In this document: positions 17,412 through 26,818 of the stretch, piece by piece
Position numbering within the stretch: the stretch's first letter is position 1
How the letters are laid out: each line of letters starts with the position of its first letter
Virus record (IMG/VR): IMGVR_UViG_3300049783_001441
Origin: a virus
Taxonomy: Duplodnaviria; Heunggongvirae; Uroviricota; Caudoviricetes
DNA: 64,000 nt
Reading direction: 5' to 3' (one strand)
Position numbers and translations under genes: made by a program
The notes under the pieces: model-generated
What the model was told of the DNA's origin: nothing
Seen by the model: only the letters and a program-made list of their open reading frames with translations
Databases searched by the model: none

Positions 17412-18629
17412 CTAGAAGTCGAGGTCAGCGACCGTAATCTGCGAGGTCTTGGTGGTCTTGCGGGGCTTGCGGGCCTTCGGCTTGGTGGTCTTTGCCTTCG
17501 GGGCGGCCTTTGCCTTTGCCTTTGCCTTTGCCTTTGCCTTCGGGGCGGCCTTTGCCTTCGGGGCGGCCTTCGGTGCGGCCTTTGCCTTGGCGCGGGCGGC
17601 GTCACGGGCAGCGTTGAGCTTCAGCCACTTGGCGGCTACTGGCTTGATCTTCGCGGCTTCGGCAGTGCTGGGCTTGTGCAGTTGCGACTGGCTGGAGACA
17701 GCCTTGACGCGGCCTTGCAGGCTTGCAGTAGCGCGGACAGTGAGCTTGCCCTTGCTAGCGCCGCTCGTGCCGCGGCCCACGTAGAAGCCAGTTACCCAAC
17801 CGGCACCAGTCTCGTAGCGCACGGGCTGGCCTAGCGACGGGACTGCGGTGAGCGCCTTACCGGAATCGGTGGCGGCGGTCTTCTTTGCGGCGGGAGCTTT
17901 GCGCTTCGCGGTAGCTTTGCGCGTAGCCGGAGCGGCGGTCTTCTTAGCGGCAGTCTTCTTTTTGGCCGGAGCTTTGCGCTTTGCCGGAGCGGTCTTCTTT
18001 GCAGCGGTCTTCTTTGCCTTGGTATCGCGCTCGCTAGTCGAGCCCGGCCCGCTGCGTGGGCGTCCGCCTGCCGGTGCCTTGGCGGTCTTGCGCTTCGCCG
18101 CGGGAGCTTTGCTCGTCGGAACCAGCTTCATGCCGCGGATAGCGGCGAGCGAGCGCAGCTCTGCGAGGGAGAGTTCCTTGCAGTTGGCCGCGGCAGCAGC
18201 GGTAACCGGAGCACCGAGTGCGAGCGACCATGACGAACCGCTCTTGTTGGCCTTGCTGCCGGCGAACTTGTAGTTCGCGAGGCAACGGGCCTGGGTGGCT
18301 GCGCCGGTAGCCTTGACGGCGATCTCGGCGACGTTACCCTTGCGGATAGACACTTTCACCGGGATGCTGGACAGCTTGCTGCCGGCACCGAGGCGGAGCT
18401 TAGCGGTGTACCAGACGGTAGCGCGCTTGGCGTTACCCTTGGTTTCCTTGCGGCGGTTGTTGATTGCGGCCTGAATCTTGGCGGACTCGGCAGCGGCGGG
18501 TGGGTAGCGTTTAAGCAGTGCTTTGGTAGCAACGATCATGGGAGGAACCTCCGTCCAAACGGACATAGTGTGCGGGGCTCCAAACAAAGCACCCGGAGAC
18601 AGGGTAACCCCTGGTCCGGGTAACGGCAA
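17412..18629 (-). CDS. Lys/Ala/Pro-rich histone-H1-like basic DNA-binding protein
   Basis: 405 aa; long KAKAAPKAAPKAKAAPKAKAKAKAK and KKTAAKKTAPAKRKAPAKKK tracts encoded by GCCTTT-type simple repeats (about 17500-17600). Confidence 0.55.
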   Translation of the reverse strand: MPLPGPGVTLSPGALFGAPHTMSVWTEVPPMIVATKALLKRYPPAAAESAKIQAAINNRRKETKGNAKRATVWYTAKLRLGAGSKLSSIPVKVSIRKGNVAEIAVKATGAATQARCLANYKFAGSKANKSGSSWSLALGAPVTAAAAANCKELSLAELRSLAAIRGMKLVPTSKAPAAKRKTAKAPAGGRPRSGPGSTSERDTKAKKTAAKKTAPAKRKAPAKKKTAAKKTAAPATRKATAKRKAPAAKKTAATDSGKALTAVPSLGQPVRYETGAGWVTGFYVGRGTSGASKGKLTVRATASLQGRVKAVSSQSQLHKPSTAEAAKIKPVAAKWLKLNAARDAARAKAKAAPKAAPKAKAAPKAKAKAKAKAKAAPKAKTTKPKARKPRKTTKTSQITVADLDF

Positions 18630-18669
18630 CTGGCGTGCCGGGTAACTAATAGCGTCGGGCCGCTCTCAA

Positions 18670-20631
18670 TTAGCCACAGGCGCAGCCGCCCCAGTCGTGC
18701 GTAACTTCTCCGCAGTCTTGGCACTGGTCCAAGTAAGGCGCGTGGGGGTCTTCGTCCGTGGGGCCGGTAAACTCTGGCGTGCTGAACTTGTTCGCGGTGA
18801 TCCAGTTGAGCTGGTTCGTGGCGGTGTGCAGCGCGGCGGCTTCGGCGGGTAGCATTGCAGTGGGCACGTCACCTCTGAAGGTGTCCAAGTTCGCGCCAGT
18901 CTCGTTGTCCTCCTCGTCGTCATCGAGGTAGGCGTCTAGGGCGAAATCGTCTTCGTCTTCGTCTTCGTCCTCGCTCGTGCCGTCTTCGTCCGTGCCGTCT
19001 TCAATCTCGGACTCCACGTCGTCGTGCTCGATGTCGGCGGGGGTAACGGCTTCGTCACCGGCTAGCTCGGCTGCGTGGGCGCTCTGGTTCAGTGCGCGCC
19101 ACTGGACCCACATCAGGTCGTCGCCCATACTCTCGCCAGCTTCCGGGTGTACGCAGTCAAAGTCGAATAGCGCGGACAACCACTTAGCGTGGGCGTCGAG
19201 CGACCCAAGGCATTCACCGTAGCGCTCGCCACCCAGCGAAACGAAGGCTTCGTTCAGCCGGCGGATCACCTTGTCGGGGTTACCCTTTTTGTGGTCCTTA
19301 GCGACCTTGCGCACGGTCTGGCGCACAAGCTCGTCTTCATCCGTCTCGGACAGCCTACCTAGCACCGGGGCGTCTGGGAGCCCGGCGAGTAGCTCTACGG
19401 TGTAGTCGCGGAGGTCTGCGGCGTTCTGCGCGTCAGCCTCTTCGTTGTGCTCTTCTGGGGTCATATCGTCGGGGGTCGTAGCTTCGCCCTCTTCGGCGGC
19501 TTCGGCGGCTTCGGCGGCTTCGTCCGACTCCGCGTGGTACTCGGCTTGCTCGTCTTCGTGGTCGCGCGCATCGAAGTCTAGCTCTTCCGGCTCTTCCGGC
19601 TCTTCCGGCTCGTGCGCTACGTCGCGCTCGTGCATCGGGGTGTCCCCGGACAGCGCCGCTACCCGCCCCTTGGTCGGCATCGGCACGCCCGCGCCCAGTT
19701 GCGGGGTCGCTGCGGCTTCGGCTTCGCGCTTCGCTTGCAGTTCGTCCAGAATGCCGTCAACGCGGGCGTTGAGCGCGGCTTCGGTCTCCGCGGGCTCGGT
19801 CTCTGGTTCGGTCTCTGGTTCGGTCTCGGGGTCCATCATCACAACCTCACCGACTGCCGGGCGCCACGGGATCACGCCACTGAAGAACGGGTCGAGCGCC
19901 GCGCCGACGCGCGGCGTCGGGATGGCGGCGGCAAGCTCGGTCTCGGCTTCACCCATAAAGGATCGCGCAATGGTTTCGGACTCGGCAAGCTCCATCGCCA
20001 CCCCGTCGAGGTCTTCGCAGTGCTCGGTGAGCAACCACGTCGGGTCCTCTGCTCGGTACACGCGCAAGACGAGCGCCGCGAACCGGGGGTAGATGGTGTC
20101 CCAGGACTCTTCGGACTGCGCGGCTACCAGCTTTGCCAACGCCTTGAGCAGTCGCCGACTGGTTAGGGGCTTCGCTTCGGGGTCGGCGGCAGGTGTAGTC
20201 GGGTTCATGGCTTCGTCGCGGAACTCGTAGAGCCTAGCTCGCCACGTATCGCCGGGAGAGGTCGCCTCAAGGCCGGGGTACCATGCCAGCAACCGCGCCG
20301 CCTGGACCGTCTGTTGTGCCGCCTTGTCGTGGTCCATACCCGTACCGACCGCCTCTGAATACGCCGCGCTAAGTTCGCCCAGCACGATCGCAGCGGAGTC
20401 GAGGTCTTCCGGGTCATCTTCGCGGGTCTGGTGAGCTTGCTCCAGCAGGTACCGCGTGGTCTGCGTCCACCCCTTTTCATCCGTGTCGACGGCGTCTAGT
20501 GCCTCGCGGATCGCGGCTCGGGTCGCCCACACGTTGTCTTCAGTGGCTTTGTGGATCGCGGCCTTCAGGTGCTTCAGCGCGGCCTTTCGGACTTGCTTAA
20601 GTTCGGCCTTGGCGGCCTTTTTCTTGCTCAT
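18670..20631 (-). CDS. large acidic low-complexity protein with C-terminal Cys cluster
   Basis: start MSKKKAAKAELK at 20631; E/D-rich repeat blocks (ETEPETEPETEP, EPEEPEEPEE, AEAAEAAEAAE, EDEDEDEDD); C-terminus CQDCGEVTHDWGGCACG. Confidence 0.55.
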   Translation of the reverse strand: MSKKKAAKAELKQVRKAALKHLKAAIHKATEDNVWATRAAIREALDAVDTDEKGWTQTTRYLLEQAHQTREDDPEDLDSAAIVLGELSAAYSEAVGTGMDHDKAAQQTVQAARLLAWYPGLEATSPGDTWRARLYEFRDEAMNPTTPAADPEAKPLTSRRLLKALAKLVAAQSEESWDTIYPRFAALVLRVYRAEDPTWLLTEHCEDLDGVAMELAESETIARSFMGEAETELAAAIPTPRVGAALDPFFSGVIPWRPAVGEVVMMDPETEPETEPETEPAETEAALNARVDGILDELQAKREAEAAATPQLGAGVPMPTKGRVAALSGDTPMHERDVAHEPEEPEEPEELDFDARDHEDEQAEYHAESDEAAEAAEAAEEGEATTPDDMTPEEHNEEADAQNAADLRDYTVELLAGLPDAPVLGRLSETDEDELVRQTVRKVAKDHKKGNPDKVIRRLNEAFVSLGGERYGECLGSLDAHAKWLSALFDFDCVHPEAGESMGDDLMWVQWRALNQSAHAAELAGDEAVTPADIEHDDVESEIEDGTDEDGTSEDEDEDEDDFALDAYLDDDEEDNETGANLDTFRGDVPTAMLPAEAAALHTATNQLNWITANKFSTPEFTGPTDEDPHAPYLDQCQDCGEVTHDWGGCACG

Positions 20632-20689
20632 ATTGGTGTCCTCTGCGCATAAAGTCCACCGGGTGCGCGCTACACGCCGGTTCGCCGGG

Positions 20690-22366
20690 TTAGACCCGGA
20701 TATTTCGCAACGCCCGGAGCCGGAGTGCCTTGATAGCACCGGTCGGCCCGACGATGGAACTCACAGTGCGTATCCGGCGCAAGCCGGCTCGGCTCGTCAC
20801 CCATAGCGGAGAATTAGCGTCCATCACTGTTTCGTAGCCCGACTCTGCGCGTCGACCCCACACTCCGGCGTTGTCCAGCCACACCACCGGCACCTTGCGG
20901 CCAATGGCCTCGTACTGGACTTTAGCGTCACTATCGCCCCACGCCACCACTCCGGCCACGTTCAGCGTGCGGATCTGGTCCATCCACCACGCGGTGAGAT
21001 CTAGATGCCCGGTGTAGCTGTCCATAGGCTTGGCTCTCTTGGCCGCTCCGAATGCTTCGGTAGGCGTCCCGTTGAAGTGCAAAACCACGCCCACCAAGGG
21101 GTTTGACGTGAAGGATCGCACCATCGGCAAGCTGGTTCGGATCAGGTCTGCGCATGAGCCGCTGATGTCGATGAGCACTAGCGACACGGGTGGATCCAGT
21201 TCCGCCCTGCGTGCCGAGCTAAGCCGGTACCGTTTGGAGACCAGTTCACGGATGAGCTTCGCTCCGTCAATTCGCGGGGACTCTAGGTAGCCCGCGCCCA
21301 CGCTGAACCCGTCGAACAGGGCTTCGAGCGCCATGGTAATATCGCGTTGCAGCTTCGGGTGAGGTGCCGGGTACTTCGTGATGAGGTCGTCGTACTGGTC
21401 CGTATAGTTACGCATGCCGCTCATGGGCGTGCCGTTGCGCCCGGCTCCGCCGCTCGACCCGGCCACAGGGGGTGGCCCGACCAAGTCTTCTAGCTCTTTG
21501 AGTAACTCCTGCTCGCGCTGGCTTGCGCCCGCGTCGTCGTCAGCTTCCCACTGACCCTCTGCCTCGCCTTCGCCTTCGCCGGCTTTGGGGTCTTTTGGCT
21601 CTATAGGCTCGCCCTTTTCGCCCTTTTCGTCTTCGCTGTCTTCGCCTTCGCCGCCCTCTTGGCCGTCTTCGCCTTCGCTCTCTCCGTCTTCGCCGCCGCC
21701 ATCGCTCTCGCCTTCACCGTCTTCGCCCTCTTCCCCTTCTCCGTCCTCGCCATCTTCGCCGTCATTGCCATTTTCGCCGTCCTCGCCGTCCTCGCCATCG
21801 TCAGCCTCTCCGTCTTCGTTTTCGCTGGGTTCGTTTTCGTCGTCTTCGGGGTCAGCCCCCGAGCCTTCGCCTTCACCGTCTGCATCTTCGTCGTCGTCTT
21901 CGCCGGGTTCGCCTTCGCCGCCGCCTTCACCGCCCGGCTCTTCGTCTTCGTTACCGTCTTCGTCTTCGTCTTCGTCATCTTTACCGGGCTCACCCTTACC
22001 GTCGCCGGGCTCACCGTCGCCGCCCGGTCCCGGAGGGTCGCCGCCGGGTGGGTTGTCGTCTTCATCCGGGGGTATTCCGCCGCCGCCGCCGCCGGAAGGC
22101 GGGTCTTCGGTGTCTTCGTCGGAGTCTTCCTGCTCGGGTTCAGGTGGTGCGTTCACGGGTGCAAGCACCGTGGCACCGCCCATCTGCTCAACCCACTCGA
22201 ACAGCTCTTCTAGGCCCAGTGCCCGTGTCTCGTAATCCTCCGTGGGGACTGGCACGCGCACCGGGTCGCCAATGCCAGTTAGCTTCAGCCACGCACCGCC
22301 GTCTTGCGGCGTGATGGTAAGCTCGGTGCCGAGTAGGGCAGCGTCCAGCAGGGCGTCTAGTGTCAT
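20690..22366 (-). CDS. vWA-domain protein with long Gly/Glu/Asp-rich linker
   Basis: MIDAS-type VSLVLIDISGSCADL at the C-terminal domain; about 250-aa GEGEDGEDGE low-complexity region; 4-nt overlap with the MoxR gene. Confidence 0.6.
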   Translation of the reverse strand: MTLDALLDAALLGTELTITPQDGGAWLKLTGIGDPVRVPVPTEDYETRALGLEELFEWVEQMGGATVLAPVNAPPEPEQEDSDEDTEDPPSGGGGGGIPPDEDDNPPGGDPPGPGGDGEPGDGKGEPGKDDEDEDEDGNEDEEPGGEGGGEGEPGEDDDEDADGEGEGSGADPEDDENEPSENEDGEADDGEDGEDGENGNDGEDGEDGEGEEGEDGEGESDGGGEDGESEGEDGQEGGEGEDSEDEKGEKGEPIEPKDPKAGEGEGEAEGQWEADDDAGASQREQELLKELEDLVGPPPVAGSSGGAGRNGTPMSGMRNYTDQYDDLITKYPAPHPKLQRDITMALEALFDGFSVGAGYLESPRIDGAKLIRELVSKRYRLSSARRAELDPPVSLVLIDISGSCADLIRTSLPMVRSFTSNPLVGVVLHFNGTPTEAFGAAKRAKPMDSYTGHLDLTAWWMDQIRTLNVAGVVAWGDSDAKVQYEAIGRKVPVVWLDNAGVWGRRAESGYETVMDANSPLWVTSRAGLRRIRTVSSIVGPTGAIKALRLRALRNIRV

Positions 22367-23400
22367 GTGATGTTCCGGTTGCTCGGTGTGGACGTGCGGC
22401 GAATGTCGCGGGACAGGTCACGGGGCGACTTGTGGCTGATCTTGCCAGAGGCCAGGATCTTCGCAATGCGGGTAGCGGTAGTCCGGGGGCTAGAACCGTC
22501 CGCGCTGCGTAACACCCAACCACGTAGGACGAACTCCAGTTCGAGGATTAGCAGGGGAGTCTGGTCAGAGGCGCTCGCCAGGGTCAACGGGACGTCTAGG
22601 TCCGCGATCTCGCGGAGCGCCGCTTCGGACTCTTGCAGGGACAGGATTGACCCGTTCTCCTTTGCCAGCGCCAGTAGTTCTTTAAGCATCATCGTCAACC
22701 ATACCGAGTTGAACTTCGTTTTCAGGTTCAGGACTTCGACTTGTATGGTATCGGGTAGCTCGGGCACCTGAACGCGGCGGACACGGCGCATGAATGCGTC
22801 AGTGAGAGGGCGCATATCGTTACTGGTAATCGCGACAATTACGTTGGAAAGGTCGGTGTAAAGGTGCCGGCCTGGAGCAATCGGCACCCGGCCAGACTGC
22901 AACCAATCGAGCAGCAACGCCTCGACCCGCTCCGGGGCCTTGTCGATTTCATCCAGAATCAGGATTACTTGGCGACCGCCGGAGGACCGCTCGCCCTTGA
23001 CAAGCGGCGTCTCGCGGGGTTGCCCGGTTGTGAGCCGCGCCACTTGCGCCAACACGCCCAACTGCAACGTCTCTTTGGAGTTACCCGCTACAGCCGCTTG
23101 CACATTGACACCGGCGAATAGGTCGCTGGAATCGGCCCATGCGTGGAATTGGAATATCTTGGTGGTGCCGCCAGTGAGCCGAGCCAACGACTCGCCAAGG
23201 TACGTCTTACCGACGCCGGGAGCCCCTTCCAGCAGCATGGCTTGCGCACCGTCCATGCCCGACAAGCGACGACGGAACAAGCCTCGACAAGCGGCCACAA
23301 CCGGAAGCGCAGGGTAGTAACCCACGCGCTTTAGCTCGCCGACCCACTGTCCAGTCGACAGCGCGCCTAGCTCGTCAAAATCAAGGGTGCGTTCAGCCAT
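22363..23400 (-). CDS. MoxR-like AAA+ ATPase
   Basis: Walker A GAPGVGKT, Walker B ILILDEIDKAP, sensor VIVAITSN; the MoxR-vWA gene pair is typical. Confidence 0.8.
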   Translation of the reverse strand: MAERTLDFDELGALSTGQWVGELKRVGYYPALPVVAACRGLFRRRLSGMDGAQAMLLEGAPGVGKTYLGESLARLTGGTTKIFQFHAWADSSDLFAGVNVQAAVAGNSKETLQLGVLAQVARLTTGQPRETPLVKGERSSGGRQVILILDEIDKAPERVEALLLDWLQSGRVPIAPGRHLYTDLSNVIVAITSNDMRPLTDAFMRRVRRVQVPELPDTIQVEVLNLKTKFNSVWLTMMLKELLALAKENGSILSLQESEAALREIADLDVPLTLASASDQTPLLILELEFVLRGWVLRSADGSSPRTTATRIAKILASGKISHKSPRDLSRDIRRTSTPSNRNIT

Positions 23401-23485
23401 GTGGTAACTCCAGTCTAAAAGGGCGTGGGCAGGTGGCCCGTGTGCGCCCCACTATAGCGGATAGGTGCAGCGCAAGCCACTTACG

Positions 23486-24031
23486 CTAAAGGTACAAGTC
23501 ACGCTTAGCGACAGGTAACTGTAGGTAATCTGGCCCGCTCTTCAGCAACGCCGACTCGTAGACCTCGTGGTTGTATGCGGCCTCGCAAGTCTCGTTCAGC
23601 CGGGCACCGAGCCGGCCCGCTGCCGAGGGCACGTACAGGCCAGACAACGCCCAGGTGAGCAAGGTGGCAACCCGTTCGTCTAGGCCCGCTTCGCTCCGCG
23701 CAAAGGGCGCTAGGCGCTTGATTACAGCGGCGACCGACGCTTGGTAGTAGGCGTCTGTAGACCCCTCTAACCGGTACGTCACCGGGCGATCCCGTGTGTG
23801 CTTCTCGGAGCCTAGCGCCGCGTAGAAGCGCTTCAGCCACCCGTAGCGGTAAGTAGGCCCCAGGTTGTCAGCAGCCCACGCATGGGGCGACAGGAACGCG
23901 CCAACGGCCCAGGTGTGCTCGCGGGTGAGGTTGGCTACTCGGGTTGGGGGTTGCCGGTTGAGTAACGGTAGCGTCCACTGCCCGGCGGGGCTAACCGCGT
24001 GGGGTTCCCCGGCTGGCGTTTTAGCTGGCAT
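23486..24031 (-). CDS. hypothetical protein
   Basis: 181-aa ORF in the operon; no motif recognised. Confidence 0.4.
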   Translation of the reverse strand: MPAKTPAGEPHAVSPAGQWTLPLLNRQPPTRVANLTREHTWAVGAFLSPHAWAADNLGPTYRYGWLKRFYAALGSEKHTRDRPVTYRLEGSTDAYYQASVAAVIKRLAPFARSEAGLDERVATLLTWALSGLYVPSAAGRLGARLNETCEAAYNHEVYESALLKSGPDYLQLPVAKRDLYL

Positions 24032-24147
24032 CGGTGGGCTCTAACAGGGCAACGCCGATAGCGGGTGGGCGGGGGTTGTTGCGTTCGATGTTCATGGCGG
24101 GGTCCTGGGGTTTGATTGCGGTTTGTGGTGGGGTTCGCGGGGTGCGG

Positions 24148-24468
24148 TTACCACCCGGAGTCGTGTACACTCGTGAACACGGGGTTGTAGTTCAGAAGGT
24201 CGTGTTCGTCGGGGTCTAGGCCGACATTGGGGTCGTACCACGGGTCGGCTTGGCACCGCCCCATGCCGTCCAGCCGGGGGAGCGGCACGTGCTTGCCGGT
24301 TGCCCGCGACGGGGCGGTTAGCGGTGCTTGGCAGTTCACGTGCGTGCGCGTGGCTACCCCCATTCGAGCCCGCGACCGGGCGTCTCGGTACTGCGCACCT
24401 TTGGGGATCTCCTTGCCGCACGCTGCGCAGGTGTGCGCTTTGCGGCTTGTGCGTATGCGGCTACCCAT
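24148..24468 (-). CDS. small zinc-ribbon protein
   Basis: CAACGKEIPKGAQY...THVNCQ (C-x-x-C ... C). Confidence 0.4.
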   Translation of the reverse strand: MGSRIRTSRKAHTCAACGKEIPKGAQYRDARSRARMGVATRTHVNCQAPLTAPSRATGKHVPLPRLDGMGRCQADPWYDPNVGLDPDEHDLLNYNPVFTSVHDSGW

Positions 24469-25234
24469 CGGCTTGCCCCGCCACCATGGCGGCGATCTGC
24501 GGGTTCTCCCTTAGGAACACCGAATGGTAGTGTTGGACCCAGTCGGGCGCGGTTACGCGTTCAAGCTCCCGGAGCATGGCGGCGTGCCATCCGGGGTTCT
24601 CCGCCACGAACCACGTCGGCGCGAAGCGAGCGGCGGTAACCAACTGAAGTGCGTACAGTCGGCAGAACTTACCGGTCAGGTTTCGGCCCGACACCCCCTC
24701 AATCGCAAAGCGCGGGTCTCCGCCTTGCGGGCCACCTAGCAGCGGGTGTCGTGTGGCCCACCCCTCGCGGCCATGGACCCGCCAGCCGATGCCCAGCGCC
24801 AACGAGCTAAGCTCCCCACGGGGGCGAACTGGCCCTTTGGCGCTCACGAACAGCAAGCTAAGCGGGCTACGAGCTTTGCCCGGCTTGTAGTTCCCCCACG
24901 CGGACACCGCGCTTTGCTGGTCGCCCATACGGCACCAGTACTCGACTTGTGCGTTGATCCAGTGAGGCTCCACGCCGGAGCCCACGAAGTAGACCATATC
25001 TAAGTCGAACAGCGGCACTTGACCGTGAGCTGCGCTCACGACGCCGCCGACGTGGCCGTCAATGGGCTGGACGTGCCCACCGTTAATGCGCCTCACGACG
25101 CGCCCATAGTGGGCGGAGTGCTCGTTGCAGTCGGGTTGGTCGGTCCACGGCCATGCCAGGCGACACGGGCTTGTCGTGCGTGTTGGGTCGCTCATGGCTT
25201 GCCCGCCATAGCCATGAGTTCGCTCACTCGGCAC
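24461..25234 (-). CDS. hypothetical protein (257 aa)
   Basis: ORF overlapping its neighbours by a few nt; function unknown. Confidence 0.45.
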   Translation of the reverse strand: MPSERTHGYGGQAMSDPTRTTSPCRLAWPWTDQPDCNEHSAHYGRVVRRINGGHVQPIDGHVGGVVSAAHGQVPLFDLDMVYFVGSGVEPHWINAQVEYWCRMGDQQSAVSAWGNYKPGKARSPLSLLFVSAKGPVRPRGELSSLALGIGWRVHGREGWATRHPLLGGPQGGDPRFAIEGVSGRNLTGKFCRLYALQLVTAARFAPTWFVAENPGWHAAMLRELERVTAPDWVQHYHSVFLRENPQIAAMVAGQADG

Positions 25235-25461
25235 CAGTACACCTCACCGAACCCGTGAACCACGCGGATCTCGGTGCCGTGCGGGCCTTGACGGTACCCT
25301 TGCGCCTCCACCCACTCGCCAGTTTTGGTGGTGAACCACTGGCCCCCCTCTGCTGTGTCTTCTTCCGCGGCTTCTTCCGCGTCTATTTCGGCGAGGATCG
25401 CGGCTAGTTCCTCTGCGACTAGACGCCGCAGTTCGGTGATCTCTGCTAGGTCGTTGCTCAT
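25192..25461 (-). CDS. small acidic hypothetical protein
   Basis: 89 aa; conserved-type RBS CCGAGGACACACACACTATGAG upstream. Confidence 0.35.
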   Translation of the reverse strand: MSNDLAEITELRRLVAEELAAILAEIDAEEAAEEDTAEGGQWFTTKTGEWVEAQGYRQGPHGTEIRVVHGFGEVYWCRVSELMAMAGKP

Positions 25462-25708
25462 AGTGTGTGTGTGTCCTCGGTTGCATGGTGTCTGGGTGGG
25501 TTGTAGCCGGGCTTTGCGAGCCCGGCCACTTTTTATGGCTAGCTGGTGCCTAGTTTATGCCTAGCTTGTGCCTAGTCGGCTCCGATGCTCATTGAGCGGT
25601 GGCCTCTGCCGGGGCCGGCGGGGTAGGTTGCAAGTCAGGTCAACCCCTAAGTTTGCGGCGGCTTGCACAACCTCGTCGAGCGTAAAGGTGACGTCGGGCG
25701 CGCTAGGT

Positions 25709-26509
25709 TCAACCGCCATGGTACAATTCCAAGCGGTTGCCGTGTGGGTCGGTGAAGTAGTCCGCCGGGGCGAGTGCGGCGGAGCGACGGAACCACTTTG
25801 GGCGGTATGGCCAGTCTTCGTCACATGCTTCATCCCCAGCCGCGTATAAACCTTTGGCGCCACCCACCGACTTGGTCTTCACCAACTCCCCAACCGGCAC
25901 CGGGCAAGGCGCCGGCTTTGGCCAAGCGAGCTTCGGCCCCCACGTGCCGCCCTTTGCCGGGGTTACGGGCGGGTACCCAGGCTTGGTCAGCCCCAGTAAC
26001 TCCAGCGTGGCTTTGGCCGCGTCGAAGGCTTCTGGCAGGGTGGCGTAGGTCTTCGAGGTGAAGTCGCCGTTGTCCATGTAGATTTCAAACCGGTTTGCCG
26101 GGTACATGTGCGCGTGGTCGCCGTTGGTGCCGAACTTGCGGTGTGCGATCGTGGCATGGTCCGGGGCACTCGCCAACCACCCCTCTGGCAACTCTGCGGG
26201 GTCCACGGGCGCAGACGCGGGCTCGGGGGCAACCGGCGCAGGTTCGTCCGACTCGGTAACCACCATGTCGAAGTTGTACGCCTTCTCGCCGACTAGTTCG
26301 ACGGTGCGGACTGGCACCAACCGGTAGACGGCCAGTAACTCACTCTCGAAAGGCCAGTCGTCGTCGCCCTTGGCTTCGTAGGTCAGGCCATGGCGGTGGT
26401 CTTGGAAGTCCTCCAGCGCCTCTTCACGGGTGTAGCGCTCCCAGCCGCCATCGGGCACGTAGAGCAGGTGGTCTTTGGGTGCGGGTTCGGTGGGGGTTCC
26501 TGCGCTCAT
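25709..26509 (-). CDS. hypothetical protein; N-terminal domain paralogous to the 26506-26781 product
   Basis: shared HL.Y.P.G....Y.REQAL..F..HR......E...W....KLAVY.L.PVRTV.L....PKYNMVVTE. Confidence 0.45.
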   Translation of the reverse strand: MSAGTPTEPAPKDHLLYVPDGGWERYTREEALEDFQDHRHGLTYEAKGDDDWPFESELLAVYRLVPVRTVELVGEKAYNFDMVVTESDEPAPVAPEPASAPVDPAELPEGWLASAPDHATIAHRKFGTNGDHAHMYPANRFEIYMDNGDFTSKTYATLPEAFDAAKATLELLGLTKPGYPPVTPAKGGTWGPKLAWPKPAPCPVPVGELVKTKSVGGAKGLYAAGDEACDEDWPYRPKWFRRSAALAPADYFTDPHGNRLELYHGG

Positions 26510-26781
26510 GGGGTGGGCTCCTCGGTAACCACCATGTTGTACTTAGGCCCCTCCGCACCCGCGTAGGCGGTGAGGGTAACCGTCCGCACCGGGGTCAGTA
26601 GGTAGACCGCGAGCTTTTCGGCATCGGGGCTCCACTCGCCGTTGTGCTCTGCGATTGCTTCCGCGTTCGCGCGGTGGCGGTCAAACTCTGCAAGGGCTTG
26701 TTCGCGGGTGCAGGTGTAGAGGCGTGCTCCGTTGATGCCGTGCGGGTGGTAAACAAGGTGGTCTTCTGGTTCGGTGCTCAT
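26506..26781 (-). CDS. small protein paralogous to the N-terminal domain of the downstream gene
   Basis: see 25709-26509; ATGA overlap. Confidence 0.45.
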   Translation of the reverse strand: MSTEPEDHLVYHPHGINGARLYTCTREQALAEFDRHRANAEAIAEHNGEWSPDAEKLAVYLLTPVRTVTLTAYAGAEGPKYNMVVTEEPTP

Positions 26782-26818
26782 GGTGTGGTGTCCTCGTTGG
26801 GTGTTGGTTGGGTGTCGG

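Noticed and set aside
17500-17600. Possible CRISPR-like short repeats (GCCTTTGCCTTT..., CTTCGGGGCGGCCTTTGC...)
   Set aside because: Contiguous in-frame coding microsatellites without spacers; no cas genes; not a CRISPR array
17390-17834. Arg-rich and Leu/Gly-rich ORFs overlapping the KA-repeat region
   Set aside because: Alternate-frame translations of the GCCTTT-type repeats of the histone-like gene
21585-22235. Plus-strand ORFs (21585-22235, 21659-22213) translating to Ser/Pro-rich or hydrophobic low-complexity proteins
   Set aside because: They are antisense shadows of the GAG/GAC/GGC simple repeats that encode the acidic linker of the minus-strand vWA gene
22363-23400. Could the Walker-A ATPase be a virion packaging ATPase or terminase?
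   Set aside because: The sequence is a clear MoxR/AAA_5 type (GAPGVGKT ... ILILDEIDKAP ... sensor) coupled to a vWA partner, not FtsK/HerA or a terminase
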